Origin: the human T2T-CHM13v2.0 reference genome, Homo sapiens
Length of the DNA: 64,000 bases
Assembly (NCBI RefSeq): GCF_009914755.1
Contig: NC_060926.1
Direction: 5' to 3' (one strand)
Below the pieces are notes generated by a model that had not been told where the DNA came from, did no database searches, and saw only the letters and a list, made by a program, of their open reading frames with translations. A program made the position numbers and the translations under genes. Positions within the stretch are counted from its first letter, which is position 1. Each line of letters starts with the position of its first letter. Positions 1-13,069 of the stretch are shown one piece after another.

Positions 1-807
1 AGAAAGAGAAAGAGAGAATTCTTCCTAAATCATTCTATGAAGCCAGTATCACCCTAATACCAAAACCAGGGAAGGACATAACAAAAAAACAACAACAAAC
101 AAAGAAAACTACAGACCAATATCCCTGATGAACATAGATGCAAAAAGTCTTAACAAAATACTAGCTAACTGAATTCAACAGTATATCAAAAAGATAATCC
201 ACCATGATCAAGTGGGTTTCACACCAGGGATGCAGTGATGGTTTACTATACACAAGTCAATAAATGTGACATAACACATAAACAAAATTAAAAACAAAAA
301 TCACATAATCATCTCAACACAGAGAAACACATTTGACAAAATTCAGCTTTCTTTATGATAAAGACCCTCAGCAAAATCAGCATACAAAGGACATACCTTA
401 AGATAATAAAAGCCATGTATGACAAACCCACAGCCACATTATACTGAAGAAGGAAAAACTGAAAGCATTCCCCCCAAAAAACTGGAACAAGACAAGGATA
501 CCCACTCTCACCACCTCAATTCGACATAGTATTGGAAGTCTAAGTCAAAGCAATCAGACAATAGAAGGAAATAAATGGCATCCAAATTATTAAAGAGGAA
601 GTCAAACTGTTGCTGTTTGCTGATGATATGATCGTATACACAGAAAACCCTAAAGACTCATCCAAAAAGCTCCTAGAACTGATAAATGAATTCAGTAAAT
701 TTTCAGGATACAAAATTAATGTACACAAATCACTAGCACTGCTATACACCAACAGCAACCAAGTTGAGAATCAAATCAAGAATTCAACTTCTTTTACAAT
801 AGTGGCA

Positions 808-831
808 AATTAATTAATTAATTAATTAATT
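808..831. repeat. (TTAA)n microsatellite inside L1
   Basis: aattaattaattaattaattaatt. Confidence 0.85.
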
Positions 832-1336
832 TAGGAATATACCTAACCAGGCAGGTGAAAGACCTCCACAAGGAAAACTACAAAACACTGCTGAAATAAA
901 TCATAGATGACATAAACAAATGAAACACATCTCATACTCATGGACAGATAGAATCAATATGGTAAAAATGACCATACTGCCATAAGCAATCTACAAATTG
1001 AATGCAATTCCCACCAAAATACCACTATCATTCTTCACAGAACTAGAAAAAACAATCCTAAAATTCATATAAAACCAATAAAGAGCCCATATAGCCAAAG
1101 CAAGACTGAGCAGAAATAACAAATCCAGAGGCCTCACATTACCCGACTTCAACCTATACTATAAGGCCATAGTCACCAGAACAGAATGGTACTGGTATAA
1201 AAATAGGCACATAGACAAATGGAAAAGAATAGATAACTCAGAAATAAAGTTAAATACTTATAGTCAACTGATCTTGGACAAAGCAAACACAAATGTAAAG
1301 CTGCGGAAAGGATACCAACGCGTGGATAAAGAAAAT

Positions 1337-1339
<3 letters not shown>

Positions 1340-1379
<40 letters not shown>
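1340..1379. repeat. (CA)n microsatellite inside L1
   Basis: About 20 CA units. Confidence 0.95.
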
Positions 1380-1380
<1 letters not shown>

Positions 1381-1857
1381 ATGGAAATACTACTCAGCCA
1401 TAAAAAAGAATGAAACAATGGCATTAGCAGCAACCTGGATGGAATGGAAAACCAAATATCATGCATTCTCACTCATAAGTGGGATCTATGCTATGAGGAT
1501 GCAAAGGCATAAGAATGATGCAATAGACTCTGGGGACTCAGGAGAAAGGGTGGGAAGCAGGTGAAGGATAAAAGACTACACACTGGGTATAGTATACACT
1601 GCTTAGCTGTAGGGTGCACCAAAATCTCAGAAATCATGACTAGAAGAATTTATCCATGTAACCAAACACCATCTGTTCCCCAGAAACCTTTTGAAATAAA
1701 AAATAAAAATTAAAAAATAAAACAAATAACACAGTTATAAGCATCTCTGTAAACATGTACAATTATATTTTGGGGGATATACTAAGTGGTATTGCTAGCT
1801 CAACATGCATGCAATTTTAAAAAGAGAATTACTTCTTATTGTAAAAACCATGCAGGT

Positions 1858-2030
1858 GGCTTTTGGAGGTGATGGATATGTTTATTACCTTGATCATGGT
1901 AATCCTATCATGAGTGCATGTATGTGTCCAAACTTATCAAATTGTATGCCTTAAACATATGCAGTTTTAAAATATGCAATTACACCTCAATAAAGCTGAT
2001 TTTTAAAATGAAGAAAAATAAATAAAATAA
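1858..2030 (+). mobile_element. Old L1 (L1MC/L1ME-type) 3' end
   Basis: ggaggtgatggatatgtttattaccttgat...cctcaataaagctg matches old L1 3' termini. Confidence 0.75.
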
Positions 2031-2039
2031 AAATGGAAT

Positions 2040-2450
2040 TCCAAAAATGTTTAACCCACAAGAAGACATAAAAAAGAAAACAAAGAAATAACAATGAAAT
2101 ATAGAGAGAAAAAAAATTTTAAATGTCAGACTTAAGTACTAACATATAAATAATTACATCAAATGTAAGTTATCTAAACACACCAATTAACACACATCAA
2201 CAGAGTAGTTTGAAAAACATGACCCAACTAAATGCTGTTTACAATAAACTCACTTCAAATATAATGATACAGGTAGGTTGAAAGTAAAAGGATGGAAATA
2301 TATATACCATGCAAATCTTAATCCAAAAGAAAAGCAGGAATTGCTATATTAGTATCAGGTAAAGTAAGCATCAGAGCAAAGAAAATTACCAGGTACATTA
2401 TGTAATGATAAAAGGGTCAATCCACCAAGAAGACATAGCAATCCTATTTA
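2040..2450 (+). mobile_element. Old L1M fragment, start of ORF2 (endonuclease region)
   Basis: gacccaactaaatgctgtttacaataaactcacttcaaatataatgatacaggtaggttgaaagtaaaaggatgg. Confidence 0.75.
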
Positions 2451-2569
2451 TGATTAATTGACATATTTGTAATTTTGTATCATATACATTTTAATTTGTT
2501 CAAGTGTCCTTTTGTGATGTCACAAGGTTTTCTTCATCTAGGTTATGCACATTTCTCAATCTGTGAGCA

Positions 2570-3570
2570 CCACAATCATTAATACATGATTAATGTATTG
2601 AGATACCTCAAGGCTATGCAATTATCCTGTTTCTCGTTAATGTTTCACTCACTAATTGTAGCATTAATCTGTGGATCTTGCTTGCAGCAACTATTACTGT
2701 GATGTTCTAATGAAAATGTTCTAGTTGCCTCATTCCTCCTACGTTTATTAATTGGAATTCTTCTACTTATTCTTTTTTTTTTTTTTTACCTATATAGTAG
2801 CCCATTGTAATCTGAAATCTACTTTATACAAGCAGTCCCCTATTGATAAGCACTTAAGCTGTTTATGCCATCATAGACAACAGAATAAATTAACTGTATC
2901 CTTGTATACTACAGAACTTGTAGTTCATACCTGTAGATGTGTATCTCTAGCATTTATTTTATGTCAAGTGGAGATGCTGATCCGTGGGAAATGCATGAGT
3001 AATTTTGTTACTTACTGCCAAATTTCACTTCACAAGGACACACCAACCAGAAATATGTAATTGTTTTACCATAGCCTCACCAGCAGTGTGCACAGACATT
3101 TTGGATTTTTGCCAATCTGAAGGAAAAAAAAAGATATCTTAGCATAGTTTCCATTTTCATTTGTCTTGCTGTAAGTGAGGCTGAGCATCTTTTTATTTAT
3201 TTAAGGGCAATTTATATTTATTTTTTTGTGAGTTTAGTTTCCTTTTTGTTTTTGCTGGTTTACATATTAGATTAATAGTTTTTTCTCAATTACTTCAAGA
3301 ATTTTATGCATTAAAAAGAGAATAATTTTGTTTATGATTTTAATTGCATTTTTACACTTTGTCATCAGTCTTTTGACTTTCATATACTAATTTTTATTAA
3401 TTAATGCATTTATTTGCAATAAGAGTTTTCTTTAATAACAAATCTATCAACTTTTTTTATAGCTTCTAGATTTTGGGTCATATCAGAAAAGTCACCTCTT
3501 CTTGGTCATAATGGAATTGTCTCATGTTTTCTTATGAAAATTCAATGGTTTATTTATTATTTTTTTCATT
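2570..3570 (-). mobile_element. Old L1M (L1ME-like) fragments
   Basis: T-rich antisense L1 motifs (cctcaccagcagtg, ttttgccaatctga, tgaggctgagcatctttt). Confidence 0.6.
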
Positions 3571-3634
3571 TTATAGTTGTTCCATTTATTTAGAGGGAGC
3601 TAAAGATGTTGAATAACCTTAGACTTTGCTATTT

Positions 3635-4148
3635 CTTTTTTAATTTGATAGAAAAATTATACATATTTATGGTGTAAAACAATGTCTTGAAATATGTATA
3701 CACTGTGGAATGCCTCTATTAAGCTAATTAACATATGCATTACCTACCACTTTTGTGTGATGAAAACACTTAAAAATCTACTGTCTAGCAATTTTCAAAT
3801 ATACAAAACATTGTTATTAACTATAGTTATTATGTTGTACAATGGATCTCTTGAACTTATTCCTCTTGTCTAGCCGAACATTTGTATCATTTGACCAACA
3901 TCTCCCCAGTACTCAGCCTCTGGTAACCACCATTCTACTCTCTGTTTTCACATAAGAGCTCCACATATGTGAGATCACATGGCATTATCTTTCTGTGCCT
4001 GGCTTATTTCACTTAAAATAATATCCTCCATGTTTATACATGTTGTTGCAAATGGCAAGATTTCTTTCTTTTATAAGGCTGAATAAATAGTATTCCATTG
4101 TGCATATATATATATACACACACACATACACACACACACCACATTTTT
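3635..4148 (-). mobile_element. L1MA-type 3' end, 5'-truncated
   Basis: aagctaattaacatatgcattacc...gatctcttgaacttattcctc...ggtaaccaccattctactctc...gtgcctggcttatttcactta. Confidence 0.85.
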
Positions 4149-4806
4149 TTTTCACATTTTAACATTTCTAAAATCAGGATGAATCTTGTGATTGAAAGTG
4201 TCTGATAATTGGAGTCAGCTAGGCAGTAGAGTCTTATGAAATAGCCTTTGTTTGCATATGTAAAGGCCTTGTAATTACTCCTGATAGCATTACTGGACTA
4301 CTACAAGTCCCCAAGGTGTCAGAGGGCATGCCACATACAAAACATTAAAACTAGGATTATGAGACCCAGTTGTTTTCCAAAAACCTTCCATTGACACCGT
4401 CTGGTAAGATCAAGAAAAACCCAGCATTAAAACTGCAAAATTCCTGTCAGCAACTTGGAATAAAATCCTAAATTGAATTATTAGATAATAAATCCAATAG
4501 AATTGCACTCTTAAAAATGTTTATTACCAACAGACTTGATAGACTCTCATTGTGAAGAAGTTTAAAGAATATCTTATCAATTTATTTCACTTACATTTTC
4601 CTTTTTATGTATGAATATGTGTGATTTGGGATTTTTAAAAAAACTATGTCTGAATGCTTCTAATAGCATTATTTCTGTAAATATGAAATAATTATTCTAA
4701 GTATTAACAAAGCATTCTATTATAGAATAAGGGGGTGTTTTCTTTTCTTAGTGATAAAATTATGTGCTTATAATCAATGTCATCTTAGACTCAGTTAAAT
4801 ATAGTA
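4140..4806. mobile_element. TcMar-Tc2 DNA transposon fossil (Kanga/MER104-like)
   Basis: Starts cacattttttttcacattttaacatttctaaaatcaggatg; ends gtcatcttagactcagttaaatatagta, resembling Tc2-family termini. Confidence 0.6.
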
Positions 4807-4814
4807 CTAAGTCC

Positions 4815-5075
4815 AAAAAAAGACAATAAAGAGAAATATAGAATACCAAAGAAACATTGAAAAAGTCAGAAAAATATAATAAAGCAGTATCCAAAAATAT
4901 TAGTAACCTAAAATAATTGTAAATGAAAAAATATTATAAATGTATCAAGTGATCCATTTAAAAACTGAAGAGTGCCAGACTGGCAATGTATTATTTACAA
5001 GAGACAGAAATGAGATGCAGTGATGTAAGAAGATTAAAAATAAATATGAAAAATATTCAGGAAAATAATATCCAA
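4815..5075 (+). mobile_element. Old L1 ORF2-start fragment
   Basis: A-rich; atccaaaaatattagtaa...tatttacaagagaca...aagattaaaaataaa. Confidence 0.5.
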
Positions 5076-5077
5076 AT

Positions 5078-8000
5078 AGGAGAACAGAGCATCCCCAGTC
5101 ACATCCAATATCAGCACATGCTGGTGCTCGAGCATGCCATCTGGGAGTCTTGGGATCAGGCTGCCCTGCCTGCCCCCACCAGTGCCCATGTTTGCCATCT
5201 GGGGACTTGAGGATAGGTCTGCCCCACCCAATGTCACCACTGCCAGTGCTCCACCATGCCATCCAGGAGTATGGGGGTCAATCCTCCTCTCTCACTACAG
5301 CCAGCACCTGCATACACCATTGGAGAGCTTAATGACAGCCCTGCCTTGTCTGCCACTGTCAATACTCATGCATGTTACCAGGGGCGTGGGGATTGATCTG
5401 TCCTTCCCACCACTACAACAAGGCCTGAGGATAGGTCCACCCTACCGGCCACTACTGCCTACATGCACCTCCCTGGGGTGCATGGGCATGGGTCCTACCA
5501 ACACCACTGACACCAAAACCCACCTGCATGGCCTTACCACCCACCCTTATCACCACCAACACCCATGCATGCTGCTAAGGGACCTAAGGGTTGACCCTAG
5601 TGACAGTGCTACTGTCACTGCTGATGTCATGCATGCCACTCAGGAGCCTGACGGCCAACCTGACCACCTGATCCACATCTACCACTGCTGGCATCCAAGC
5701 AAGCAACCTGGAAGCCCAAGGATCAATTGCCCTAAACCCTGTACAACTGGAGCCTGTATATGCTGCTCAGGTGCCCTAGGATCAGCAAACTCAGCTTGCT
5801 GTTGTCACCAATGGTGCCTGCGGACTGGCCTGCATGGCATCCTTGTCCCCAGCCTTACCATAGCTTCTGCTAAGAACCACGGAGTAAGCCGCTGAGGTAC
5901 TCTCAGTAACCACTGACACTGATTATAGCCAAAGAAATCATACAGAGACCACTTTACCACGCCCACTGGGAATCAAAGCCAAAGTGCCCTACACAACAAA
6001 CACTATACATACATCTATAGGAAAAAAAAATTTCCCTCTGAAAGCCAATTCATAACATTGGAAGATGTGACTTTTACACCAGACATGCAGATGTCCACAT
6101 AAATACACAAGAAATATGGAAAAGCAATGAAACATGATGCCTCAGAAGAAACAACAATTCTCCATACCATATTCTGACAAAAAAGAAAATCTATGAAATG
6201 CCTCAAAAATAATTTAAAATAATGATATTAAAGACATTCAGGAAGATACAAGGGAACACAGATAAACAGTACAAAGAAATCAGGAAAACAATTCATGGTC
6301 TGAATTAGAAATTCAAGAGAGATAGATATCATTTTTTTTAAATCCCGGAACTACAGAATTCAATGAATGAAATAAAAAGATACCGTTAAGAGAGCTTCAA
6401 CAATACACTAGATCAATCAGAAGAAAGAATTTCTGAACTTGAAGACAGGCCTTTTGAAATAACCCAGTAAGACACACGCACAAAAAGATAGAAGAATATA
6501 AAAATGAAGAAAGTGACATTTGAGACACCACAAAATGACCAAATATTCAACTTTTGGGGGGTTCTGGAAGGAGAAGAGATGGGCAAAGGTACAGAAAACC
6601 AATTTAACAAAATACTAACTGAAAACTTCCCAATTCTGGCAAGATATATAGACATTCAGATACAAAAAGCTCAAAGATTACCAAATAGATTCAACCCAAA
6701 ATGTCTTTCCCAAGGTATATTATAGTCAAACTGTCAAAAGTTATACAAAGTAAGAATTCTAAAAACAACAAGAGGAAAGCATCAAGTCACATATAAGGCA
6801 ATCCTCATCAGATTAACAGTAGATTTCTCAGCAGAAACCTTACAGGCCAGGAAAGAATGAGATGACATATTCAAAGTGCTGACAGAAAAAAAATAAGCTG
6901 TCAGCCAAGAATACTATTCCCAGGAAAGCTATCATTCAAAAATGAAGGAAAAATGAAGTATTTCCCAGACAAGCAAAAACTAAAGGAATTCATCAAGAAA
7001 TGCTTGAGAGAGTCCTACATTTTGAAATGAATGGACAATGTCTACCATCATGAAAACCCACAGAAATATAAAACTCACTGGTAGAACTGATTCACAAAGG
7101 AAAAATATAAATGAATCATACATTACCACTACAAAAGGTTACCAGATTGTAAAGGTAAATAATAAAAGAGGGAGAAAAGAACAAATGAAATATAAAATAG
7201 TCAAAAAACAATTACCAAAATACTTGAGTAAGTTCTTACCTATCATTAACAACTTTGAATGTAAATGGTTTAATTTGCCAAATTAAAAGATAAAGACTGG
7301 CTAAAGGGATTTTTAAAAAGAAAAACAAGACAAAACTATATGCTGCCTACAAGAAACTTACTTTACATGTAAAGTCACATATAGACTGAAAGTGAAGGAA
7401 TGAAAAAAAATCCACACAAACAAAAACTGAAGGCACACAGAAGTACCTATACTTACTTATATCAGACAAAATAGATTTTAGGTTAAAAATCATTTAAAGG
7501 AGACAAATCATGATATGATTCCTATAATGATACAGAAATAAATTCAGCAACAGGATATAACTACTGTAAATATATATGCACCAAGCTATATAAAGCAAAT
7601 ATTAGAGCTAAAGAGATAGGTAGGCCCCAGCACAGTAATAGCTGGGGACTATAATACCCCATTTTCAGCACTGGACAGATTATCTAGACATAAAGTCAAC
7701 AAAGAAACATTGAACTTAATGTGCACTATAGAACAAATGGACTTAATAGATATTTTCAGAACATTTCATCAAACAGCTACAGAATACACATTTTTCTCAT
7801 CAGCATATGAAACATTCTCCAGGATAGACCATATATTATATATTATGCCACAAAACAAGTCTCAACAAATTCTTAAAATTTGAAATTATATCAAGTATCT
7901 TCTCATATCAGTCTTTTAGACTGATTTCTAAAACTAGAAATCAATAACAAAAGGAATTTGGGAAACTTTAAAAATACATGAAAATTAAAAACAAGCTCCT

Positions 8001-8652
8001 GAATGACCACTGGAGCAATAAAGAAATTAAGGAAGAAATTAATAAACTTCTTGAAACAAATTAAAATGGAAACACAGCCTACCAAAACCTATGGGATACA
8101 GCAAAAGGAGCACTAAGAAGGAAAGAGGAAAGTTTATAGAAATAAATGCCTATATCAAAAAAACTGGGAAGATTTTAAACAACCTAATGATGCACTTCAA
8201 GAACTAGAAAAGCAAGAATAAGCCAAACCCAAAATTAGTAAAAGAAAAGAAGTAATAAAGAGCAGAATGGAACTAAACAAAATAAAGAAAAATATAAAGG
8301 ATCAACAAAACAAAAAGTTGGTTTTTTGAAAATATAAATAAAATTGATAGATTACCAGCTAGACAAATAAAAAGAGAAACCCAAATAAACAAAATCAGAA
8401 ATGAAAAAGGAAACATTACAACTGATAGCACAAAATACAAAAGGATCATTAGAGAATATTATGAATAAGTTATACACTAATTAACTGGAAAACCTACAGG
8501 AAAATGGATAAATTTCTAGACACATACAACCTCTCAAGAGTGAACCAGAAAGAAATAGAAAGCCTGAACAGACCAACAATAAGTAACAAAATTGAATCTG
8601 TAATAAAAAGTCTCCCATCAAAGATAATCCCAGGACTGGATGGATTTACTGC
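5078..8652 (+). mobile_element. LINE-1 (L1MA/L1M-type): 5' UTR, ORF1 remnant and 5' half of ORF2, 3'-truncated
   Basis: GC-rich tandem 5' UTR 5.1-5.9 kb; ORF1 remnants (ENFPILARYIDIQIQKAQRLPNRFNPK in ORF 6504-6725); ORF2 remnant MDKFLDTYNLSRVNQKEIESLNRP...PGLDGFTA; ends abruptly at ~8652. Confidence 0.92.
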
Positions 8653-8699
8653 ATTATGCAGACTTCTCAACAGCTACACACAACATATCAAGAGAGACT

Positions 8700-8860
8700 G
8701 GATATTCACACATGGGCTTTTCATTGCCTCTGCCTGGAGGTGCCATGTCTACACTTCTGATTACATTTTATTGACCAGAGCCAGTTGTAGGGCCTCATAT
8801 GGAAGGGAAGAGGGATGTATTGGAGGTCAATGGAAAATTGAGTGAGCACTGCAGTCCTCT
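8700..8860 (-). mobile_element. Old MLT1-type LTR fragment
   Basis: cacttctgattacattttattgaccagagccagttgtagggcc resembles the MLT1J/K motif. Confidence 0.4.
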
Positions 8861-9804
8861 TTAAAATCCAATGGAAATATCACAGAGGCAATGAAATCAA
8901 AACTTTATCCAAGTATCGTGTAACCAATTTTGTTCGTCATCTCAATTCAGTGGGTGTGTAAATGCCAGAAAGCTATATTTTCTTCCTATTACTAATCTCA
9001 GCTGTGTGAGCTTTGTCTTCTTGTCCTTAACCCCATCTGAGCAGATCCCATAGCTTACCATCATTCTCATTTATAATTAGGCCAGTCTCATTCAGTGCAG
9101 TGTAAGACTACAGTCTGATATTCAACAAACATTTTGTTCCTTCTCTCCCTTCAATGCAGGTCAGGCTTGTGCTTGAGAGGCTTGGAATGGCAAATGTTGG
9201 GTTGGTTTCCCTTTTCGCCCTTCCTCCCACTCCTGCACACTAAAAAGAAGTCGTGGTCTGACTCTGGGATAACTCCTCCCTGGCTTTCTATGGCCTGGGT
9301 TGGGAGGGAGAGTAGGAAAGAGTTAATTGCTCATTGTTGTCGTCTCATCTCTCCTGGTTCTGGCTGTTTCTGTTGCTAACCCTAACTAGTTGACACCATC
9401 CGTGTTGCTGGTAGTGAGGCAGGATACCGCTACAATTCCCACAAAGACAAAGACCCTGATTCCCAGGCCTGTCTCCCTTGCCCTTCCCAGTTCTGTGCTT
9501 ATGAAGTTGGGGGCTGGAGGAGGTAAGGATGTTGGTGATGGAAGTAGACAGTGGTTTTGCCAGCTCTTAGTAAGCTCTGCCCAGGGAAGAAATAATGGGT
9601 GGGCAGGGGTCTGACTCCATCTGCTGACATCTGTCTCTAGAACATGGGGTCAGTAACGCCTGCTGGTTTCTGTTGTGGGCTCTAGTGTCAGTTCCAGAGT
9701 CATAGATAAAATCCTATCACATACGTACCCAAGAGTCAGAGGGGTAGAGACATCTTTCTCCAAGGAGCTAAATCTAGAGACACATTTTCTACCCAGTGCA
9801 GAAT

Positions 9805-10743
9805 GGGCATATAATCTGTTCAGCTTCACAGGGCCTTGTGCTCCAGAGGGAGCCTCCTGCTTGGGGTTTAGTGTGCTGTGGCTACCATTTTAAAATTCTT
9901 AATAGTTTTATCTTTGGATTTCTGTTTTGTAAATGATATCGGTCAAATTGCGTTCCTTCCAAAATTCATACGTTGAAGTCTTCACTCCCACTATCTCAGA
10001 ATGTGAACTTCTTTGGAAATGGAGTCATTGCAGATACAATTAGTTAAACTTAAATGAGGTCACATTGGAATGGGGTGGGGCCTAATCCCCTATGACTGGT
10101 ATTCTTATAAAAAAGGGGAAATTTGGACACAGACACATGAACATGATGAGAAGACAAAGGGAGAATGCCATCTACATGCCAAAGAATGTCTGAGACCACC
10201 AGAAGCTAGGAGGAAAGCCCGGAACAGATTCTCTCTCACAGCCCTCCAAAGGAACCAACCCTGTTGACATCTTGATCTCAGGCTCTGGCCTCCAGAACTG
10301 CAAAACAATTTCTGTTGTTTAAGCCACCAAGTTCATGGTGCTCCTTTAAGGCAGCCCCAGGAAACTAACACTAAATGAAGTACAATGAGACAATGGTCAT
10401 GCACCTGGGGCTTGGAGCCCCAACTTACAAGTTTTCCCTCCCTGCTCTACCAGATGGCTTCTTGGCTATCACCCTCCTCCCCATGTAGAGAAATGGGAAG
10501 GCTCAGAGGATGCACACATATCACTTGCTGAGTCACAGTGCCCATGCAGAGGCCTGTGAGGATCTCCACTTGCCCTACAAGAGGCCTAATGCCCCAGGGA
10601 GAGGAGAATTAAATAGCAAATTAGAAGCATCATGACAGGTTTAAAGAAAGACGGTGAAAGCAGGATAGAAGCTTTTTTCTGCTTCTCGAACAATGGGCCT
10701 GCATTTTCATTTTGCACAGGGCAACACAAATTATGTAGCCCTC
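9805..10743. mobile_element. hAT-Tip100 MITE (MER115-like) interrupted by an MLT1 LTR
   Basis: Left part ggggtttagtg...ccattttaaaattcttaatagttttatcttt; right terminus gggcctgcattttcattttgcacagggcaacacaaattatgtagccct. Confidence 0.65.
9934..10370 (+). mobile_element. MLT1B-like solo LTR (ERVL-MaLR)
   Basis: tgatatcggtcaaattgcgttcc...aaattcatacgttgaagtc...gcagccccaggaaactaaca; degenerate 5-bp TSD gtaaa/ctaaa. Confidence 0.85.
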
Positions 10744-13069
10744 TTTGTGGGAGAAAATAATGAAGTTTCAATAAACTTAGAGAAGCAAAAGCAAAAAAAA
10801 AAAAAAAAATGGGGAAAAGCAGCACTGACAGCTTCAAAGTCCCTGGTTCCAGCTGTTCCTGAAGCTCAGGTACAGGAGCTGTGGCTTCCCTAAGACATGC
10901 CAGTATCCTTATGATACATTCCCTCATGTGTTTAAGAAATTTTGAGTTAGTTGTTCCATAACCTACAGCCATAAAAATTGTAGCTAATAGTAGCATAGCT
11001 GCATTTATATAAATTTGAATTCTCCAAATTTGAAAGTCCATCAAATTTTTTAAAGTAATAAAATTTAACTTTCAACACAAATTTTGAAGTAATGGGAATC
11101 TTCCAAGCAAATTCCTCTGGGATCACATCATTTCTAAGCTTGAATGAATTATGAACTATGTTTTACATTAATACAACAGATTAAAATCATTTTATCTATT
11201 AAGTAGAAAAACCCACCATCTTTTAAAATATCTGGCAAATCATGCTATTGTTTTGGCTCTTAAAACTTGTGTGGGTTATTTAACATTTCCTATTATTATA
11301 ACTTAAAATCTCTTTAATATCTTATACCAACATTATCCCAGCATTCATTAAGTGATAATAATGCTAGCAGCAATAACATTTTGGAACAGAAACAAGATGC
11401 AATAACACCCTGTGAAGAAAACCAGACAACTACCACTGTACACTGAAATTTCAATGTAGCAGCCAGCGCTGTGAGAATGACTAGAGAGAATGCTACAAAA
11501 ATAAAAGTGGCATTAAAGCAATTGTACCTTTAAATTTGCAAAAAAAAAAAAAAAAAGGAGTTGTATCAATCCAAGGATAATGGAAATTCTGCTGCTGACA
11601 TGGCTGCCCACTAATGGCATGTGATATGCCCTGAGTTCCAAGAGTTGAAATTTACACACTTCAAGAATGCATTCTCTCCGCTTCATACACTTTAATAATT
11701 TTGTTTATCAAAGAGTAATTTATAGGAAAATTAGTCTTGAATTATGTAAGATCTGAATTAAGCAAGGCCTTCGGGAATGTGCCCTCACACACAATGTGAC
11801 CACTTGGAACCGCCTCCTTCTTGGCTTGGGAGCCCAAGCATAAGTCATGCCAGGAGAGTGTGTCTGGGACAGGCTCTCCTAGCTTCTTGGCTTGTCATCA
11901 AAGCCTGTTGAAGGGCAGCTCCCCATCACCAGCCTCGCAAAGGCAAAGCTGAGAAAACATCCTCCCAGCAGCTGAGTGGTGGCCAACATGCATATCCCCA
12001 GATCACACCAGAACAGTCTCTGAGGAGTGACAGGCTTGTGCTGGACAGCACAACCAGCTCCAGCATCCTCATATCCCACTGAGGATGCCCCAAATCAAAG
12101 TCTGAGGCCAGGCCTGCCTGGCAAGATCCTCCTGTTTTCTCCCCTCGTCACTTGAAAGCCACAATCTCATCACATGAAAAGCCTCTTGGGAGAAATACAT
12201 TTTCCCCGTTCAATGCACAGATGTCACACAGATTTGGTGCATCATTCGTAAATGATTTCCAAGTTTACTTGTCTGCTCCAAGGAGATTACTGGCATCTCC
12301 AACTGCATTTTAGTGTAATCATTTCCATGTTGCATAGGACATTTTGGCAGAAACAGCAGTCGCCTCTGCTGTACAATCAGATGGCTGAGAATCTGCATCC
12401 CTGTTGAACATAGCCTCAAAATTAGGGCCGCTACCCTTCAAGCCTTTGTACTTTACTATGACTTCATTCAACAAAAGTTTACTGATTCCCCCAGCTGCCA
12501 AGAGTGTCTATAGAGGGAACAGAATCTACAGTGAAACAGGGTCCTTGTCCTCAACAAGCTGATGCTCTACCACTGTGGTTTTCATACATCTGTGGCTGTG
12601 GAATCTATCTTCAAATGACAGCATAATCATACGCAGAGTGCTATATAAAATAGCAAAATGTACAACTGTACTGTTAAAATTAGGGAGACAGAGTTTCAGT
12701 CATCTCTTCCCTGACACCCCCCAAGCTCCCCCCATGGACGCAGGACCTCCAAAAGACCCCTTTATGAAAAAAAAATGTGCAAATCCAGAGCTCATAAATG
12801 TTAAATAACTCCTAAAAGATACAAAACCATGATGAGCTTGACAACAATAAAATGCCCCAAAAGAGATGGAGCAAAAACCAATTAACTAATAAAATGAATG
12901 CCTGAGAAACTTAAGCAAGATTGTTGAAAGCTGATTTGTTCAGCTTTGGGAACATTCAGGTAGCCTGATAAAGCTCTCCTTCTCCTGGTCCAGCCACCAG
13001 AAGGACCAAAGGAATTCTTCCTCTTTTTGGTCAAGGCTCTCAAGAAAAATTTCACAGTAAAGACGTCTC

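Larger units (their letters stand above)
1..1725 (+). mobile_element. LINE-1 (L1PB-like) ORF2 3' part, 3' UTR and A-rich tail; degenerate, internally deleted, continues upstream of the window
   Basis: Reverse-transcriptase motif LFADDMIVY in ORF 610-813; L1PB-type 3' UTR (gctatgaggatgcaaaggcataagaatga...gggtgcaccaaaatctcagaaatc); A-rich tail ~1693-1725; frameshifts and stops. Confidence 0.93.

Noticed and set aside
610-813. RT-motif ORF as an active or novel reverse transcriptase
   Set aside because: Short fragment of a frameshifted L1 ORF2.
5134-5895. 253-aa ORF as a protein-coding gene
   Set aside because: Lies in an L1 5' UTR monomer array; Pro/His/Thr/Cys-biased with no recognisable domain.
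1-8652. L1 at position 1 appearing to continue where the 5078-8652 L1 stops (rearranged single element)
   Set aside because: Position 1 is just the window edge and the two look like different subfamilies; treated as coincidence.
3635-8652. Inversion linking the minus-strand L1MA 3' end with the plus-strand L1 5' half
   Set aside because: No convincing TSD; the 4140 junction is explained by cacatttt microhomology with the Tc2 element.
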